From assembly GCA_041649295.1 (NCBI GenBank), contig JBAZNI010000001.1, positions 76,720 to 140,719 on the forward strand: a stretch of DNA of 64,000 bases. Direction: 5' to 3'. The first letter of the stretch is position 1, and each line of letters starts with the position of its first letter. Shown here piece by piece: positions 39,898 through 50,169 of the stretch. The notes beneath the pieces are model-generated. The model was not told where the DNA came from. It saw nothing but the letters and a program-made list of their open reading frames with translations, and did not search any database. Position numbers and translations under genes: made by a program. Source of the stretch: Candidatus Pacearchaeota archaeon. GTDB taxonomy: Archaea > Nanobdellota > Nanobdellia > Pacearchaeales > GW2011-AR1.

Positions 39898-40263
39898 ATG
39901 CCGATATTTGTAATTCAGGAACACAACGCGACGAAAAAACATTGGGATTTAAGATTAGAATTAAACAATGTACTGAAATCATGGGCAGTTACAAAAATTC
40001 CCCCAAAAATAAAATCTATTAAACGCCTTGCAATCCAGGTTCCTGATCATCCATTGGATTATGCAAATTTTGAAGGAGAGATTAAAGAAGGATATGGAAA
40101 AGGCACAGTAAAATTATGGGACAGAGGAACATACGAATTAGAAGACAAATCAGACAAGAAATTTGTTTTTAATCTTAATGGTAAAAATCTCAAAGGAAGA
40201 TACGCACTGATAAAAACCAGCTATGGCAAGGATAAAAACAGCTGGTTGTTTTTTAAGATTTAA
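39898..40263 (+). CDS. Stand-alone LigD 3'-phosphoesterase domain protein
   Basis: FVIQEH.A...HWDLRLE...VLKSWAV, RLAIQV.DHPLDY..FEG.I..GYG.G.V..WD.G.Y. Confidence 0.92.
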   Translation: MPIFVIQEHNATKKHWDLRLELNNVLKSWAVTKIPPKIKSIKRLAIQVPDHPLDYANFEGEIKEGYGKGTVKLWDRGTYELEDKSDKKFVFNLNGKNLKGRYALIKTSYGKDKNSWLFFKI

Positions 40264-40293
40264 ATCGGGTTAATAATATATTTTTCCCTGACT

Positions 40294-40695
40294 TTACGCG
40301 AGTTTTGTTAAATCCCCATTAAGGATAACCGGTTTCATTGCTTCAATTTCATCAGAATAGTTCATTTTAGGAATAGGATTAAACAAAAATATTCGTTTAT
40401 TCAGAACATGAGCAAAAGCAATTTCAATTAAGCTATTTCCTCCAATATAATTATTAATATTATTTTTATCTTTGTTGATTACAAGAATTGCATCCGTCTT
40501 TTTGATTTTTTCAAAATAAGTACGAATAACATCAAGTTCTATTTTCTCCCATTTGTCTTCGATATTAATTATACCGTTAGCATATTTATCTGTATTTGCA
40601 GGGATAATTACCTCATGGTGTTGTTCTTTCAACTCTTCCTTAACTTTAAGCATTTCTTTGGCGAAAGTCATACTCCCACAAATTGCGATTTTCAT
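40294..40695 (-). CDS. Nucleoside 2-deoxyribosyltransferase-like protein
   Basis: I.ICGSM.F, KI...DAILV.N, YIG.N...EI..A. Confidence 0.65.
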   Translation of the reverse strand: MKIAICGSMTFAKEMLKVKEELKEQHHEVIIPANTDKYANGIINIEDKWEKIELDVIRTYFEKIKKTDAILVINKDKNNINNYIGGNSLIEIAFAHVLNKRIFLFNPIPKMNYSDEIEAMKPVILNGDLTKLA

Positions 40696-40802
40696 AATAT
40701 CTAAATTAAATGATTATATATAAACTTTCAGTACTAAAATATTTTTGTAGAAAAGTCTTCTTTACATTAACCCAAAATGTTTTTTATATTAACCTATTAA
40801 CC

Positions 40803-41648
40803 CTAAGCTTCCTGCCCGTCATCGCCTACAAAATCTTCCATTGAAGGGGCTGCTTTTTCTAATTTATTTTTTTCAATATACCCGTTTGCAAGAAGATAAA
40901 AAATTAATCCCAGAGATTTTGAACTTTTATTATTGCATGGAATTCTTACATTTGCCCCTTTTGTAAAATTATTTGTATCGCAGAGCATTATAACTTTTTT
41001 ATTTGTTAAAATCGCTTCTGCAAGAGCGTTTCTGTCAACCCACGGATCACAGATAATCACTAATTCCGGTTCATAAAATGTTGAAAGTTCTGTATTTGTC
41101 ATCATTCCTGCAGGATATTTTTTTGTAAATGATTTTATTCCTGTAACTTTGGAAAATTTTTCAGCAGGTTCCCATCCTGCTTCTCTTTTGCATATAAGAA
41201 CAATTTCTTCAGGAGAGTATTTTGAAATCAGGCTTATTGCTTTCTTTATATGTTCGTCAATTAAAGTAGTATTTAAAACCCCGATACTATCTGCCCTTCT
41301 TCTGTAAACAAATTCTTTCATATCCGGGGTTATAACTTTTGTTCCCAAGTGAATCCCGGTTTTAACATAATCTTCCAAGGGGATTAATAGCTCACGTTTT
41401 TTCTCAAGCTCTTCTTTAATATCTTCTGTTTTTACTGTTTCAATACTTTCAGCGAACTTTTTTGCTTTTTCCTTTATCTCCCTCAAAAGAACGCTTCTGT
41501 CAGATGTTTTTTCTTTTTTTGCTGGACTTTTTTCTTCATCAGTATCTTTCTTTTTTCTTCCCTTCTTTTTCTTCTCTTCTGGTACAGTTATTTCTCCAGC
41601 TGTTTCATTGTTTTTTTCATTTATTATTTCAGATTTTTTTCTTGCCAT
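40803..41648 (-). CDS. rps2: 30S ribosomal protein uS2 with charged N-terminal extension
   Basis: GIHLGTK, Y.RR.D, EPEL...DPW.D..A..EA, IPCNNK. Confidence 0.93.
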   Translation of the reverse strand: MARKKSEIINEKNNETAGEITVPEEKKKKGRKKKDTDEEKSPAKKEKTSDRSVLLREIKEKAKKFAESIETVKTEDIKEELEKKRELLIPLEDYVKTGIHLGTKVITPDMKEFVYRRRADSIGVLNTTLIDEHIKKAISLISKYSPEEIVLICKREAGWEPAEKFSKVTGIKSFTKKYPAGMMTNTELSTFYEPELVIICDPWVDRNALAEAILTNKKVIMLCDTNNFTKGANVRIPCNNKSSKSLGLIFYLLANGYIEKNKLEKAAPSMEDFVGDDGQEA

Positions 41649-41734
41649 TTTAATTCTATTAAATTTAACAGAAAATTAGATTTTTAAATGCTTCTGTTAG
41701 TATAAATAATAATTAATAGATATAATTTATAAGT

Positions 41735-42979
41735 TTAATCACTAATTGTAACCTGGTCGGTATAAACCCCAAATTCTTTGAATACACAATTAACCTCTCT
41801 CCATTGCGCCTGATATAAAGTTTCTGTATCTTTTCCAACAACCTTTTTTGTAATTTTTGTATATTTATTTATTGGGCATAGTTGCTTTGATTCTTCTTCA
41901 CAATCAGTATAAGTCTCAAACATCGGAACAAATCGAATGTCGTCAGCATTTATTATCTTAAATACAAAAGGGCATGAAGCCAATGCTGATACTCCTGAAC
42001 CAGTGGCTGAAATTCCTGCTAGCCCGCCCACAACTAAATTTTGAGGGGTTGGCGTTAACATTAAAGACATTCCACTTAAACCTGCCAATCTAATTCCCGC
42101 ACTTCCGAGGCATGTTGCTAAAACAGCAGGTCTTGTCTCAGGGGTAATTACATCTCTGAAGTTGCTTACTCCTACACCTGCCAGCCTTATTTTTTTCTTG
42201 CAGTTTTCTCCCTCAGAATAATCACTAACTCTTAATTCAATCTTTCCCTCATCATTAAGCCTTACTTCATATTGGAACATATCTTTCTTTTTTGCTCCAG
42301 CAAAATCATCAAAATGATAAACTTCTTTTTTATTTACAAGTCCGTCATACCAGAATAATCTCCTTTTATAACTGTCAGAGTCAGAAAAAACCGGTTTCCA
42401 ATCACCATCTAAAACCACATAATTTTTTTGGGCAGTGTTTAAATCCCCTCCCTTATAGCAAAGAGCTTCATAAATAACCTCATTACTAACTTCAACACCC
42501 CCTGTTTCAACAGAATTTTTATATACGGCATATTTTTCTTCACATGTGGTTATTTCATCTCCAATAATTTTATTTAAGGCATTGTTTGAAGATAGCTTAT
42601 CTCTAAGATCTTCCAATACTTCAAGTCCAAACTTTCCTGTATCAACACCCCCTGCATAAACCATGGAATTTAAGTCTTTTATTTCATCTTCATTGCCTTC
42701 TGCAACTGCTTTTGGAAAATTAAGAGAGAAAACTTTTCCTTCCCAGTTAATTCCACCTCCTCCAAGAAGTCCATTATCAATAGCAGTCTGCAAATTATAA
42801 TCTTTTCCTTCTATATTGACTTTTATTGCATCCCCGCTATGCCATACAGCAGGGTTTGGGTTTTGCCATATAGGAATCTCAGCATTTTCCGCAATTACAA
42901 AAATTCCAACAGCCAATATTAAGAATAATGAAGATAATAAAATCAGATGTGTCTTTGTTACATTAATGCTAAATTTCAT
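41735..42979 (-). CDS. Hypothetical secreted/surface protein
   Basis: Hydrophobic N-terminus, 414 aa. Confidence 0.7.
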   Translation of the reverse strand: MKFSINVTKTHLILLSSLFLILAVGIFVIAENAEIPIWQNPNPAVWHSGDAIKVNIEGKDYNLQTAIDNGLLGGGGINWEGKVFSLNFPKAVAEGNEDEIKDLNSMVYAGGVDTGKFGLEVLEDLRDKLSSNNALNKIIGDEITTCEEKYAVYKNSVETGGVEVSNEVIYEALCYKGGDLNTAQKNYVVLDGDWKPVFSDSDSYKRRLFWYDGLVNKKEVYHFDDFAGAKKKDMFQYEVRLNDEGKIELRVSDYSEGENCKKKIRLAGVGVSNFRDVITPETRPAVLATCLGSAGIRLAGLSGMSLMLTPTPQNLVVGGLAGISATGSGVSALASCPFVFKIINADDIRFVPMFETYTDCEEESKQLCPINKYTKITKKVVGKDTETLYQAQWREVNCVFKEFGVYTDQVTISD

Positions 42980-43312
42980 TTGGCCTCTTTATTAATGATT
43001 ATTTAAGGTTGGACCCCTTTATAAAGTTTTTTACATTTTGCAAATTTGTTAATAAAAATATTTTTTATTGTATAATCTTAATTAATATGCCAAGAATTGT
43101 TTTTTTATAAACTCTCGAATTTATTCTATGAGATAGGAAAACAATTATTTAGCATGTTCAGAAACCAGACAACAAACATGCTGTATATTTTAGTGTATAG
43201 TTTTTGGTAAATTAATATAAAGAAATTATACAAGTCTGCGTAGATGATAAATAATAAATATATAAGCAAGTAGTGATGTACGTTTTGACATTAGCAAAAT
43301 GTCCTTTTGACA

Positions 43313-44476
43313 TTAACAAAAACTTTTTTTTATTTTAACTAATCTTCTTAGTTTTTCTTTTCTTCCCCTGCCCAAAATTCCGGTTTTAATGTAATCTGCT
43401 TGAAAGCCAAAAGCCAAATCACTTAGGATATTTTCAGATGTTTCGCCGCTCCTGTGAGAAATTATTGTTTTAATTTTATTCAATTTACAGTATTCAATAA
43501 TTTCCTTTACTTCGATAAGCGAGCCATTCTGGTTTGGCTTTATTATCACTGCACTTATTGATTTTTCTTTTTGCGCTTTTTTTATTCTAGTTAGATTAGT
43601 GACTGTTAAATCATCTCCGATTATTAAACAATCTGAATTTTTTTTCAACACTGAAAAACTCGCAAAATCATTTTCTTGGAAAGGGTCTTCAATAATATAA
43701 ATTCTTTCAGTTATTCTTTTTATAAAATTAATTTGTTCATTTGTGTTTAATACTTTCTTTTTATTCTGATAATTATATTTTCCATTTTTGTAAAACTCAG
43801 ACGCAGCGCAGTCAACTCCAATTTTTACACAGCATTTAAATTTTTTTTCCAATTTCTCTTTTACACTTATCATTATATGAATTATTGTATCATTATCAAG
43901 AGATGTCTGCCATGCATTTTCATCATTTAATCTTCTTGCGAAATTTTTATCATTTTTATTCAGTTCTTTTTTGCATAATCTCCATGCACATTTGTTAACT
44001 TTAACTGATTTTCTAATTTCACATTCAGGTATAAACCAAAACTCCTGAAAATCGGGCTTTTTCCCTTCTGAATGCCTTCCCCCGCCAATTGCATTCCCAA
44101 TTAGTTTTGGAAACCTGCAGGCATTTGGATTTATTAGCTGCCAAACTTGTTTTTTCTTTTGTTTTGCTATTGCCTTAAGAAATGCGTACTCAACAGCAAC
44201 CATTGTATTTGCACCTATTTTATTCCTTAACATTTTTTCAACATTAATCAAATCGCCAAATTTATCAAATTTAATTTCAAATGGCTTTATGCTGTTGATA
44301 AATTTTATATCTCTCTCTAAAGATGTTTTCCAAGGATTGGCCTCGTATTTTCCCCTTGACTTTCCATTTGGCGCACTTGCACGAAACTTCCCAAAATCAG
44401 TGATTAATAAAATTTTAATGGTTTTATCTCCACGGGTATCACTAATAACGCGGGCTCTTACCTCTTTAATAATCAT
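43313..44476 (-). CDS. eno: Enolase
   Basis: D.RG..TI, GAN, DFQEF, GVDCAASEFY, EDPF, IGDDLTVTN, SHRSGET, IKTG. Confidence 0.92.
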   Translation of the reverse strand: MIIKEVRARVISDTRGDKTIKILLITDFGKFRASAPNGKSRGKYEANPWKTSLERDIKFINSIKPFEIKFDKFGDLINVEKMLRNKIGANTMVAVEYAFLKAIAKQKKKQVWQLINPNACRFPKLIGNAIGGGRHSEGKKPDFQEFWFIPECEIRKSVKVNKCAWRLCKKELNKNDKNFARRLNDENAWQTSLDNDTIIHIMISVKEKLEKKFKCCVKIGVDCAASEFYKNGKYNYQNKKKVLNTNEQINFIKRITERIYIIEDPFQENDFASFSVLKKNSDCLIIGDDLTVTNLTRIKKAQKEKSISAVIIKPNQNGSLIEVKEIIEYCKLNKIKTIISHRSGETSENILSDLAFGFQADYIKTGILGRGRKEKLRRLVKIKKSFC

Positions 44477-44542
44477 AAATAACAAAAGAAAATCAGGTTT
44501 ATTAAATTGTTGCTTGATAAAAAAAGAACAATAATGTTATAC

Positions 44543-44586
44543 TTGTTTGCAACGACGGAAGAGAGGTTCGATCCCGCGTGAGTCCA
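44543..44586 (+). pseudogene. Degenerate 3' half of a tRNA-Ala
   Basis: TTGTTTGCAACGA...GGTTCGATCCCGCGTGAGTCCA; no 5' half upstream. Confidence 0.55.
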
Positions 44587-44591
44587 TATAA

Positions 44592-45142
44592 CTAATTCTT
44601 AAAGAACTTTTCAACTTCTTCTTTTTTAAACATTCTAAACCTGTCGCATTCTCTTTTTAAATGATAAGAAAATTTAGTTTCAAAACCAATGTTTTCTATA
44701 TTTTTTCCTATCTCTTTAACCGCTCTGATTGCAGGATTAAAATCTCCATCACTGCTAATTAGGATTGCAGTATCATAAGCGTTATTAAATGCCAATCTAA
44801 CCATATCAACTGCTAAATGAATGTCATCTTCTTTAACTTGATATATTTCTTTTCCATCTATCTTAATTTTTGCATCCTGCATAAAACTAAATTAAAATTA
44901 GGGATTCTTTTCAATGCATCAAAAAATTTCTGTTGCTTAATATAAGTCTCTTCATCTTTTTTTCTGTCTAACGGGGCAGAATAATAATATACTCTTATTA
45001 ATTCTCTATCACCAACAATATGACTAACAAATTTCTCAAAATCAAAATTCATAGACTTCTTTTTATTATGAAACATATCTTTAATAATATGATAATGATT
45101 GCTTCCATCTATAAATATCATTATCCTCTTTTTAGCTACCAT
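44592..45142 (-). pseudogene. NYN/LabA (PIN-like) domain protein split by a 1-nt frameshift
   Basis: FIDGSN and RVYYY in 44858-45142; K.DDI.LA.DM, AILISSDGDF in 44592-44882; shift in an A5 run near 44870. Confidence 0.85.
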
Positions 45143-45367
45143 AAAGATAAATACCTAGGGTTGCAGTGCAAACCTAGGGGGTATATGATTATCATAGAAC
45201 TCCTAAGTTTTTAAGGTTTTCGTAACGATTCTTTTTTGGCCCATACCTGTATTAAACAAAGGGGTTCCATATTGGGCGATCTAAAATGTTTAATTAAAAA
45301 AGAACAATAATGTTATACTTGTTTGCACAAAGTATATCAAAAAGGATATACTTTCTTAATATTAATT

Positions 45368-47038
45368 TTAGTAATCCTCGCAAAGATGTACTGATTTATT
45401 ATCAGGAAATATAACCCCAGAATTTTTATAAAACTCTCTTTCAATCTTTCCAATTTCTTTAGCTTTTTCTTCAAAAGTTAGATTGCTCTTTTCTAACTCC
45501 CTAATTTTATTTTTTAGTAAGAGATAATATCTTTTAACCTCATTAATTTTTCCAAGAATATCTTTATCTGCAATTATATTTAAACTGTTAGGATTATCAT
45601 TGCAATTTTCTATTAAAGGCTCTTCATATGTATGAATTATAATTTTCTTTTTGTCGCCAAACTCTATTTTTGGGATAAAGTAGATTACTCTCCTATTTTC
45701 TTTATCTATTTCTTTAACTGCAGAAAAATGAGGATAGGAAGCTAAATATAAATTACCCTGTTCATGAAGAATGTTATAAGCCTGCCATCTTTCCATATCA
45801 GAATTTTCAGTATGGCTATCTAAGAAACTTATGGCCTTTGTAACCATTTCTATTGGTACTGTTAAATCAGGGTGTGAAGACGAGTGCATATCTATAATCA
45901 ATTTGTAAGGAATTACTCCTACCACATAAGCTTGTTTAGAAATTTTTCTGAGTTTTTCTACGGACCAAGCCAAGTTACTCCTTTTAAAATTTATTCCTTC
46001 CTGAAGAGGCATTTGAAGATGTATAGTGATTCCATTTGTATTTAATTTGTCTATAGCAATTTTTGCTTCTGGTGCAGACAGTTGATATTCATCCGTGACA
46101 TGGGCATTGATATAAAATTGTTTTCCTGTTTCTTTTTCAAAATCTGCAAAAATTTTTACAAGTTTGTCATCAATTCTATACCAAAGACCTTGGAAAATTG
46201 CAGAGGTGCACATTCGCACCACTTTGACATATTTTGCTTTTTTAAGCTCATCTAATATTTTTTTAATGGCATCATTATCAAAAAGAGTTGGTTCACCTCC
46301 ACTAAAAACTATAGTATCCACTTCTTGGTTTTGATTTAGCCATTTCGTTAATAATCTAATCTGTTGAACTGCTCTTTTTTGTTCAAGAGTTAGCTGTTTC
46401 TTAATTTCTGCATATTCCGGGTAAACATTAGCTAAAGCCACTAATGATGTTCTAACCATAGACCCCTTATAACACCCATCACAACCTATAGGACAAGATT
46501 CAGTTATATTAACTAAAACAGCATAAGGAAATTTTCTAGTCGCTAAGTAAATTTCCTTTCTTTCTTTATCTTTCGCAAGAATTCTTCCTTCAATCTCGAA
46601 AACCCCATATGGATCCATACTATGCCTCCAATTTCCAGAAAATTTTTCCGAACGAGAAGGTATAAACTTTCTAATTGTTGTTTCACTCATTATTGAGTTG
46701 TATGGGAGCAAACTCATAGCTCTTCCACTATCAACAGATTTTTTTGATTCTTCAACAGATTTTTTATCTATTCCTAAAATTTCTAAATCTTCAGGTTTTG
46801 TAGCTCTAAACAACAGTTGGAATGTTTGAGAACCCCACAATTCTTCTGGTTTAATTTTTAGAACAGAACCAATCTCTTCTAAAACTTTTTCAAATAAATT
46901 ATTTTTGTTTAATGAACCTGCAAGTTTACGTTTTGATAAGTATTTGCTTCTACAATATTTGAAAAATTCTAGGGTCTCACCCTTATTTAATTTTTGTTTT
47001 AAATACATTAAGTTAAGCTCTGGTTTCATTTTGTTCAA
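45368..47038 (-). CDS. KamA/EpmB-like radical SAM protein
   Basis: RKFPYAVLVNITESCPIGCDGC, FSGGEP, QMPLQEGIN. Confidence 0.75.
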   Translation of the reverse strand: MNKMKPELNLMYLKQKLNKGETLEFFKYCRSKYLSKRKLAGSLNKNNLFEKVLEEIGSVLKIKPEELWGSQTFQLLFRATKPEDLEILGIDKKSVEESKKSVDSGRAMSLLPYNSIMSETTIRKFIPSRSEKFSGNWRHSMDPYGVFEIEGRILAKDKERKEIYLATRKFPYAVLVNITESCPIGCDGCYKGSMVRTSLVALANVYPEYAEIKKQLTLEQKRAVQQIRLLTKWLNQNQEVDTIVFSGGEPTLFDNDAIKKILDELKKAKYVKVVRMCTSAIFQGLWYRIDDKLVKIFADFEKETGKQFYINAHVTDEYQLSAPEAKIAIDKLNTNGITIHLQMPLQEGINFKRSNLAWSVEKLRKISKQAYVVGVIPYKLIIDMHSSSHPDLTVPIEMVTKAISFLDSHTENSDMERWQAYNILHEQGNLYLASYPHFSAVKEIDKENRRVIYFIPKIEFGDKKKIIIHTYEEPLIENCNDNPNSLNIIADKDILGKINEVKRYYLLLKNKIRELEKSNLTFEEKAKEIGKIEREFYKNSGVIFPDNKSVHLCEDY

Positions 47039-47091
47039 GTTGTTATTTATTACTTTTCTTTAAAAGAAAATCAGGTTTATTAATGTTATTC

Positions 47092-47403
47092 TCAATCGTC
47101 TAACCAGCGAACTACATCCCAATAGTTTGGGTGATAAGTTGCCATCCTAAATCTTTGCACACTTCCTCCAGAAACTTGAGATACTCTTTTATCATTTAAC
47201 AAACCAGCGTTTTTTGGGAGAGTAAATGTATCTACTCCAAGATTATCAGCTCCATCTCTTTTTTCAATTAAATATTTAACCCTATCTGCAAACATAACCT
47301 TGCCCGCTAATTCTGTTGGGATATATCTTAATAAAATTGGTTTTCCATCGCCATTAATATCTACTTCATAATCTTCTCCTTCACTTAACCCTTCCAATCC
47401 CAT
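47092..47403 (-). CDS. Hypothetical protein
   Basis: 103 aa ORF. Confidence 0.5.
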   Translation of the reverse strand: MGLEGLSEGEDYEVDINGDGKPILLRYIPTELAGKVMFADRVKYLIEKRDGADNLGVDTFTLPKNAGLLNDKRVSQVSGGSVQRFRMATYHPNYWDVVRWLDD

Positions 47404-47537
47404 CTATTTGCTTAAGATTAATTGTTTATAAATATTTATATAACAAGAATATTTTGTTAATGATTTTATCTGTTTGCACGGAGCATATAAATGCACATCA
47501 AAGCAGTTGTCAAGTTTTCTTATTACTAACCCCGAAA

Positions 47538-47924
47538 TTACTGCAACTCTTCACTTGCTTCTCTTCCTTCACTTTCTTCTTCAATATATTCTTCGTCTTC
47601 TGGATTTGCAAGCTCCATTATTTCGCCTTTTTCTGCAATTTCTTTTTCCTCTACATTTTCACTTTCAACAGCTTCTTCTTTCTTGACTTCTTCAACTTTT
47701 TTTGTAACCTTAACAGCTTTTTTCTTTGGCATCGGCTGTTTCACTGCAATAGGAAGAACCCCTTTTTCAAATTCTATTTTTGCAATTTCCATAGGATTAT
47801 AATGGATTTTTTCCAGTTCTTCTTCACTAAGCTCTACTAAAAGCGGGGCATTCATTGCTATTTGAAGAGATCTTGCTCCAAGAATTCTTGCTGTCTCATA
47901 CTTTGTAAATTCTTGCTTGTTCAT
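47538..47924 (-). CDS. rpoK: RNA polymerase subunit Rpo6 (K)
   Basis: TKYE.ARILGARSLQIAMNAP. Confidence 0.95.
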   Translation of the reverse strand: MNKQEFTKYETARILGARSLQIAMNAPLLVELSEEELEKIHYNPMEIAKIEFEKGVLPIAVKQPMPKKKAVKVTKKVEEVKKEEAVESENVEEKEIAEKGEIMELANPEDEEYIEEESEGREASEELQ

Positions 47925-47954
47925 GTAATTACCCTCAGATTTGCCTATTTAAAT

Positions 47955-48782
47955 TTAACTATTTTGGATTGCCTCATCAATTAATTTTTCTACTTTTGGA
48001 AATATGTCTTTGTATTTTGATTCAACTAAATCCAGCATTTTTGAAAAACCCTCTTCATTTATCACATTTTCCTCTCCCTTTTGCATACTGCATATTTTTA
48101 TAGGATTTCCAGGAATAACTGCAAGCACAAGCCTTCCATCACTTGCCTCTTCTTCTTCAGTATTTGGGTCAAGTATTAGGCTATTTTTTATCTTATATAC
48201 ACTAAAATTAAACGGAATGTTTTTTGTTAGCGGAATAGCCCCTACATGTGGCTTGTCATAGTCAATTTTTTCTGTTTCTTCGTCGTAAAAAGGAATTTTT
48301 GCACTTTTTAGTGCAGCAAGAGTTGCTATAAATGCGGCATCTAATAAATTCCCATTATCATTTACAGAATATATGTCGATGAAAACTGTCCAGACTTTTT
48401 CCCCCTCTTTAATGCATAATTTTTTAAAATCAATATATTTTGATTCTCTTATACCTCTGTCTACCAGCCTTCCTAGTTCAATTGAATTAAATTTTGGAGG
48501 TCCATAATCGTATTTTTCGCTGCTTAATGGAGTTAATTCACATGTCACCATCATATTCCCCTCTTCCTGCGAATCAGGGTAGGGTTCTCCTATCCCAAGT
48601 TTAACTCCAACCCAGACTTCTGTTTTTCCTAATTTAACCTTAGCACTTCCCTCTGCTTTTTTTGATATGCCACATTCAATATGTATGTCTCTAAACTCAT
48701 CATTTTTTCTTTTATCAAATCTTTTTCCAGTTGCCAGGTATTCTGCTATTCTCTTGCTTGTATTATTGGATGTTGGAATCAT
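47955..48782 (-). CDS. rrp42: Exosome subunit Rrp42
   Basis: KAEGSA.VKLG.T, ELGRLVDRGIRES, DNGNL.DA. Confidence 0.95.
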   Translation of the reverse strand: MIPTSNNTSKRIAEYLATGKRFDKRKNDEFRDIHIECGISKKAEGSAKVKLGKTEVWVGVKLGIGEPYPDSQEEGNMMVTCELTPLSSEKYDYGPPKFNSIELGRLVDRGIRESKYIDFKKLCIKEGEKVWTVFIDIYSVNDNGNLLDAAFIATLAALKSAKIPFYDEETEKIDYDKPHVGAIPLTKNIPFNFSVYKIKNSLILDPNTEEEEASDGRLVLAVIPGNPIKICSMQKGEENVINEEGFSKMLDLVESKYKDIFPKVEKLIDEAIQNS

Positions 48783-49486
48783 TTTTCATCCACCTTTATA
48801 TTTTTTAGAGCTTCTTTTTGAATTTCATAAATTTCTTTGGAAATTTTTTTGCCAAGACTAATTGCTTCTTTTAATTCTTTGCAGGAAATATGCCCGTCAA
48901 GCTGAATATGAACCAAATCTTGCTTTCTTGCTAAAAATGACATCGCTATATCTGTAGCACCTTCTCCTTCTTCATAGTCTTCTTCAGATTTATTTACATC
49001 AACAACCAGTTGTTTGTTAAGTTTTCCAATTGACACACTTGTTATCAAATCTTTCATAGGGATTCCTGCATGTGCTAATGCTAGAGAAGCAGCGTTAATC
49101 CCTGCACATCTTGTCGAAGCATCTGCCTGCGGGATTAAAATGTGCACATCTACAGCAGTATTTGGAAAATCATTTATTAAAACAGCAGAACTTAAAGCCC
49201 ACTCGCTTATTTTTGAAATTTCTGTGCTTCTTTTTGAAGGTCCTGGGCGTATCCTGTCTGTTACTGAAAAACTCATCATATTGTAATTACATCTTAAAAT
49301 TCCTTTTTCAGGATTTTGCATATGCTGAGGATGCAGTTTTCTAGGCCCGTAAACAGCTGCAATTGCAACAGTATCTCCAAATGAAAACATTGCACTTCCA
49401 TCTGCATTTGGCACAACGCCGACTTCTGCTTTTATTTTCCTTGTTTCATCTGCCCTTCTTCCGTCGCTTCGTTTATATTCTGTCAT
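48779..49486 (-). CDS. rrp41: Exosome subunit Rrp41
   Basis: R.DGR, ADGSA, VYGPR, RS.EISK, QADA.TRCAGI. Confidence 0.95.
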   Translation of the reverse strand: MTEYKRSDGRRADETRKIKAEVGVVPNADGSAMFSFGDTVAIAAVYGPRKLHPQHMQNPEKGILRCNYNMMSFSVTDRIRPGPSKRSTEISKISEWALSSAVLINDFPNTAVDVHILIPQADASTRCAGINAASLALAHAGIPMKDLITSVSIGKLNKQLVVDVNKSEEDYEEGEGATDIAMSFLARKQDLVHIQLDGHISCKELKEAISLGKKISKEIYEIQKEALKNIKVDEK

Positions 49487-50169
49487 TATTCAGCTTCTCC
49501 TTTTTCATTATTTAAAAATTCTTGTACTTTGTCTGTAAGTCCGTGAACAAAAGATTTTTCTGTTACAAATAAAATTGCTTTTTTTGCAAGCAATTCAGCT
49601 TCAACATTTTCTCCTCTAATCCATACTATACCATTTTGCCCTACAACTATTTTTGAATCTGTTGCATCTTTAATTATTTTAATCATGCTTCCTTCTTTGC
49701 CAATAACTCTTGGAACTTTATTTGGATTTATAAAATAAATTATTCCCCCTTCAAGTTTTCCCAAACCTCTTCCATCCATAGTCAGGTCTATTGACTTTGC
49801 ACTTACTGATTTTATTTTTGCACAAAAAAAATCTCCAATACCTAAAAATTCTGACAGGTTATTTTTGTCAAGATATCGGGGTATTTCTGAAACGGGCAAA
49901 AATGACTGCAAAGGAGAATCAATGTCTGTAATCCACCCATTAAATGTTATGTCTTCAACTTTTCCAATTATTACATTTCCCCGCCGTGGGATAAACACAC
50001 CTGAAAGCGGGATTACTTTGATAAGATTCTCGCTTCTTTCTACAATCCCAAATCTTTGTGCAACTATTTCATTGTTTTCGCTTCTTGTTCCATCACCTGG
50101 AATAAATCCGCTCTGGGATTCAATTACCTCGCCAGGAACTACAATTTCCCTTTCATTTTCCTCACTCAT
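49486..50169 (-). CDS. rrp4: Exosome subunit Rrp4
   Basis: VVPGE, S1 domain, KH KVPRVIGK.GSM, GQNG.VW. Confidence 0.95.
   Translation of the reverse strand: MSEENEREIVVPGEVIESQSGFIPGDGTRSENNEIVAQRFGIVERSENLIKVIPLSGVFIPRRGNVIIGKVEDITFNGWITDIDSPLQSFLPVSEIPRYLDKNNLSEFLGIGDFFCAKIKSVSAKSIDLTMDGRGLGKLEGGIIYFINPNKVPRVIGKEGSMIKIIKDATDSKIVVGQNGIVWIRGENVEAELLAKKAILFVTEKSFVHGLTDKVQEFLNNEKGEAE

Noticed and set aside
43283..43321. Short tandem TTTTGACATTA(G/A)CAAAA at enolase stop
   Set aside because: Two short copies only; no supporting context.
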